This document shows positions 26,502 to 29,330 of a stretch of DNA of 29,330 bases, piece by piece. Positions within the stretch are counted from its first letter, which is position 1, and every line of letters starts with the position of its first letter. The DNA comes from Bdellovibrionota bacterium (GTDB lineage: Bacteria > Bdellovibrionota > UBA1018 > UBA923): NCBI GenBank assembly GCA_040754655.1, contig JBFMCE010000052.1, forward strand, positions 1 to 29,330. The letters run 5' to 3'. A model generated the notes under the pieces. The model did not search any database and was not told where the DNA came from. It saw only the letters and a program-made list of their open reading frames with translations. The position numbers and the translations under genes were made by a program.

Positions 26502-27509
26502 TCAAAGCTCCTCTGCAGCCAACGCTGCTCCGTATATTGGGGTGTGTTGATCTGTGACCGCGTACACTGGAATCGCGGAAACGATGCTGGTCATCCTTCC
26601 CTTCGCATCGAAACCTTCTGAAAACGCGTCGCGTTTGAACAATTCAAGCACATGAGGCACAACTCCGCCACCAACGAATAACCCTCCGAAGCTGAGCGTC
26701 TTCAGCGCGAGGTTGCTGGCTTCGGCTCCAACGCAGTAAAGCCACAAATCCATCGTTCGAACGCAGATCCTGGGCTCGCCCCTCAGCGCCGCAGCTGCAA
26801 TAATGGGCGAAGGATCCGCCTGGGGAACCGCCAAACTTTCTCCAAGCGCTTGAGGCTCTTTTTCCCGTCCTGTTTCCTTCAAGAATCGGTAAACGCGATA
26901 AATGCCAGGCCCCGAAGCCACGTGTTCCCAACTGGCGTGCTTGTGCCGGTCCCAAAGCCACTTGAGAAGCTCGATTTGTTCTTCGTTCTGCGGGCCAAAA
27001 TCGCAGTGCCCGCCCTCTGACGCGGAAACCCTATGCCTCTTGCCATCCCAAAACAAGATCGCTTCGCCGAGGCCCGTACCCGGAGCCATCAGAGCCTGAT
27101 TCGCATGTGGATTCATGATACCCCGACGCAACACTGTGAGGCCTACACCCTCTTCCAAAACGCGAAGGCCATAAGCCATCGCGGCAAGATCATTCACCAA
27201 ACGAACGGGCCTGACCCTAAGTTTTTCTTCAAGCTCATGTTCTTCCAAGATCCAAGGCAAGTTCACGGTCTGGCATCGTCCTGAAATCACGGGTCCGGGC
27301 ACACCAAAACACCCGCGGACGATATGCTTACGATCCGCCTTCACCTCAGAAAGATAGGTCAGCAAAATTTCGGAAAGATCTTTGAACTGCGCGCTCGAAT
27401 AACGACGCTGAGCTTGGACGACAATCTTTGTTCCCCTACGAATGCAAAGCGCTAGGTTTACTTTCGTTCCGCCGACATCGCCTGCAAGTGTGATTGCCTC
27501 ACCTGTCAT
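26502..27509 (-). CDS. glk: Glucokinase
   Basis: AGDVGGTK, GVPGP, NLPW, VND, PGTGLG, SEGGH and GGLFVGGG motifs. Confidence 0.95.
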   Translation of the reverse strand: MTGEAITLAGDVGGTKVNLALCIRRGTKIVVQAQRRYSSAQFKDLSEILLTYLSEVKADRKHIVRGCFGVPGPVISGRCQTVNLPWILEEHELEEKLRVRPVRLVNDLAAMAYGLRVLEEGVGLTVLRRGIMNPHANQALMAPGTGLGEAILFWDGKRHRVSASEGGHCDFGPQNEEQIELLKWLWDRHKHASWEHVASGPGIYRVYRFLKETGREKEPQALGESLAVPQADPSPIIAAAALRGEPRICVRTMDLWLYCVGAEASNLALKTLSFGGLFVGGGVVPHVLELFKRDAFSEGFDAKGRMTSIVSAIPVYAVTDQHTPIYGAALAAEEL

Positions 27510-27629
27510 CAAGTCTAGTTTTAGGAGGCAAGTCACAAAAGAGCAAGCACGCACGTCAATGAAACTTTTAAAGATGCTTTACGGACTCGGCATGATTCTT
27601 TCATGTGATTCCCTCTTGGGAGAGAGATT

Positions 27630-28754
27630 ATGCGGTCCGCCACGACGTCTCGGGGTTTGGTTATCGCGGCTTCGCTCACGATCATTGTATGGGGATTGGT
27701 CTCGGCCAAACCCATTCTGGTTCCGCTCAGCATTTCCGCGTTATTATCTTTCTCGATCGCACCGCTGGTTGAGAAGTTGCGACGCTGCCGAATGCCGGAA
27801 TGGATAGCGCTTGCGATCAGCTTCACTGTTTTCACGCTTCCCTTTTTGACGGGGCTTTATTTTGTCTTCTTCCAGGCGAGAACCATGGCAAGCGAGTTCC
27901 CCCTATTGCTTCAGTCCCTTCAGAACCAGCTTTCTCAATTCTTGAATTCAAATTTTGCCCGCTCATTGGACGTCTCAACCCAGTTCACCACGAAGACTTT
28001 ATTGCAGTGGTTTTCTGGCGGCGCTACCCAAAGCTTGCAGATCGCGCTCGCATCTCTGGCCGCGCTTTTGAATGCAAGTGCCCAGGTTCTTTTGGTGCTG
28101 GTCTTTACGATGGTCATGGTAAGCGGCAGGCGCCAAATCAAACAAAGCTTTGCGGCTATCTTAGGCCAATTCAGCTCGATCGACGCGGTGGCCACGATGC
28201 GGCAGTCCTCAAGCTTGATCCAACATTTCTTATTGGCTCGCATGCTGATCGTCGTCATCATCACTTTGCTTGACGGCCTGGTCCTCGGCATTTTTGGGTT
28301 GAAGTACAGTTTATTGATGGGCGCATTCTTAGGATTGATGACATGGATCCCCGCGGTGGGCTTCATCTTGGGGCTTTTGCCCCCGGTCTTGCTGGCACTC
28401 GCCACTGGGCGTTCGCCAGCCGAAATCGCCCTTCTCTCTGGCATTCTTCTTTTGATCTCTGCCTTCGAGGGAAACGTGCTCACCCCGAAGTTCGTGGGAG
28501 GGCGGTTGAAACTCAATACCCTTGCTTCTTTCATCGGCCTATTTGCAGGCGCGCTGGGCTGGGGCATTTGGGGGATGTTGCTTGCGATCCCGCTTTTAGG
28601 GATTCTAAGGATCGTCTTTTCCCAGGTCCCAGTGCTTCAACCTTGGGCCGGGCTCTTAGCCGACACCCCCGGCCCCAGAATAGAGCCCGCCTCAAGACTC
28701 GCTCCCCAAGAAGGAACCGCTCAGCAAGCCGCTCTCACGGCGAAAAGCGCTTGA
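27630..28754 (+). CDS. AI-2E family (PerM/TqsA-like) transporter
   Basis: ILVPL, multi-TM pattern, IPAVG, EGNVLTPKFVG and WGIWGMLLAIP motifs. Confidence 0.92.
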   Translation: MRSATTSRGLVIAASLTIIVWGLVSAKPILVPLSISALLSFSIAPLVEKLRRCRMPEWIALAISFTVFTLPFLTGLYFVFFQARTMASEFPLLLQSLQNQLSQFLNSNFARSLDVSTQFTTKTLLQWFSGGATQSLQIALASLAALLNASAQVLLVLVFTMVMVSGRRQIKQSFAAILGQFSSIDAVATMRQSSSLIQHFLLARMLIVVIITLLDGLVLGIFGLKYSLLMGAFLGLMTWIPAVGFILGLLPPVLLALATGRSPAEIALLSGILLLISAFEGNVLTPKFVGGRLKLNTLASFIGLFAGALGWGIWGMLLAIPLLGILRIVFSQVPVLQPWAGLLADTPGPRIEPASRLAPQEGTAQQAALTAKSA

Positions 28755-28774
28755 ACGAGCGGCGTGAAAAGCTT

Positions 28775-29330
28775 TCACTCGCTTAATGAGGATCCCTGGG
28801 AAAAACGTTCGATCACCACCCTGCTGACTCCTCTTACGGCGCCAACGAGGCCTGCACAAAGAACCGTTCCCAAAGGAAACAAAATAACATTCACTGCAAA
28901 AAGCGCGGCCACTCCGTGTTGCTTCCGCTGGATGATATTGCGCGCGACATAGAGAGCGACGAGGGCCGGCGCACCGATGATGAAAACCGACTGCAACAAT
29001 ACGGCCGTACTGACTCCGGATCGCCATCGTACCCAGAACAGCCATGCGTCGATCAATCCCAGGAAGAGGGCCGTTATTTTGACCCCTTTGCTCCAGTCGT
29101 CGAACTGAAGAAAATAGCCAATTTGGCTATCGATTCCTCGCCTTTCGGTCATTGGTGCCCTCCTCTTCCCAACATTTCGATATAACCCTAGCGTCAAAGC
29201 GATAATGAGCAGAAGGCTAACATACTCGAGACTTCTCGGCAGTTTATTGAAACTAGAAAGAAGCATCCCCAGAATAGTAATCGCAACAAGACCATAATGA
29301 GCGACCTTTTGCTTGAAAGGCGCTGAGGAG
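28775..29330 (-). CDS. Hypothetical membrane protein, 5'-truncated
   Basis: The reading frame stays open from 29266 to the window end (...APFKQKVAHYGLVAITILGMLLS...) and has several TMs. Confidence 0.6.
   Translation of the reverse strand, partial: SSAPFKQKVAHYGLVAITILGMLLSSFNKLPRSLEYVSLLLIIALTLGLYRNVGKRRAPMTERRGIDSQIGYFLQFDDWSKGVKITALFLGLIDAWLFWVRWRSGVSTAVLLQSVFIIGAPALVALYVARNIIQRKQHGVAALFAVNVILFPLGTVLCAGLVGAVRGVSRVVIERFSQGSSLSE

Noticed and set aside
27935..28567. 210-aa - strand ORF
   Set aside because: It is an antisense shadow of the hydrophobic AI-2E gene.
1..29330. Prophage, IS, integron, CRISPR array, tRNA or rRNA
   Set aside because: No integrase, transposase or phage motifs, no regularly spaced repeats and no structural RNA signatures were seen by eye.

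Overview
A gene-dense, ~50% GC bacterial chromosomal segment with 29 credible CDSs and no recognisable rRNA, tRNA, CRISPR array or transposase. The gene content (degenerate REC/HD-GYP protein, secreted orphan proteins, sigma54-type sites, apparently leaderless genes) suggests Bdellovibrionota or a relative, which is inference only. Left to right: (1) a partial HAD hydrolase and an apparent rearrangement scar; (2) a cytoplasmic signalling cluster (REC-HisKA-HATPase-REC hybrid kinase, single-domain REC, a 76-aa stand-alone HisKA/DHp-like protein, pseudo-REC/HD-GYP); (3) a surface-glycosylation cluster (one GtrB/DPM-like GT2, four GT-C-like membrane proteins, one SMR transporter); (4) an apparently exported protein with a GGDEF/Cas10-palm-like D...SGDD signature; (5) housekeeping and stress genes (CorA, RlmL, ZIP, GT4 plus amylo-alpha-1,6-glucosidase, BP74-like, MA peptidase, ferritin-like, RecQ, Orn, Glk, AI-2E). 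The best candidates for undescribed biology are the exported palm-like protein, the minimal DHp phosphorelay and the GT-C cluster lacking a GtrA flippase. All calls come from reading motifs by eye; no database searches were run.
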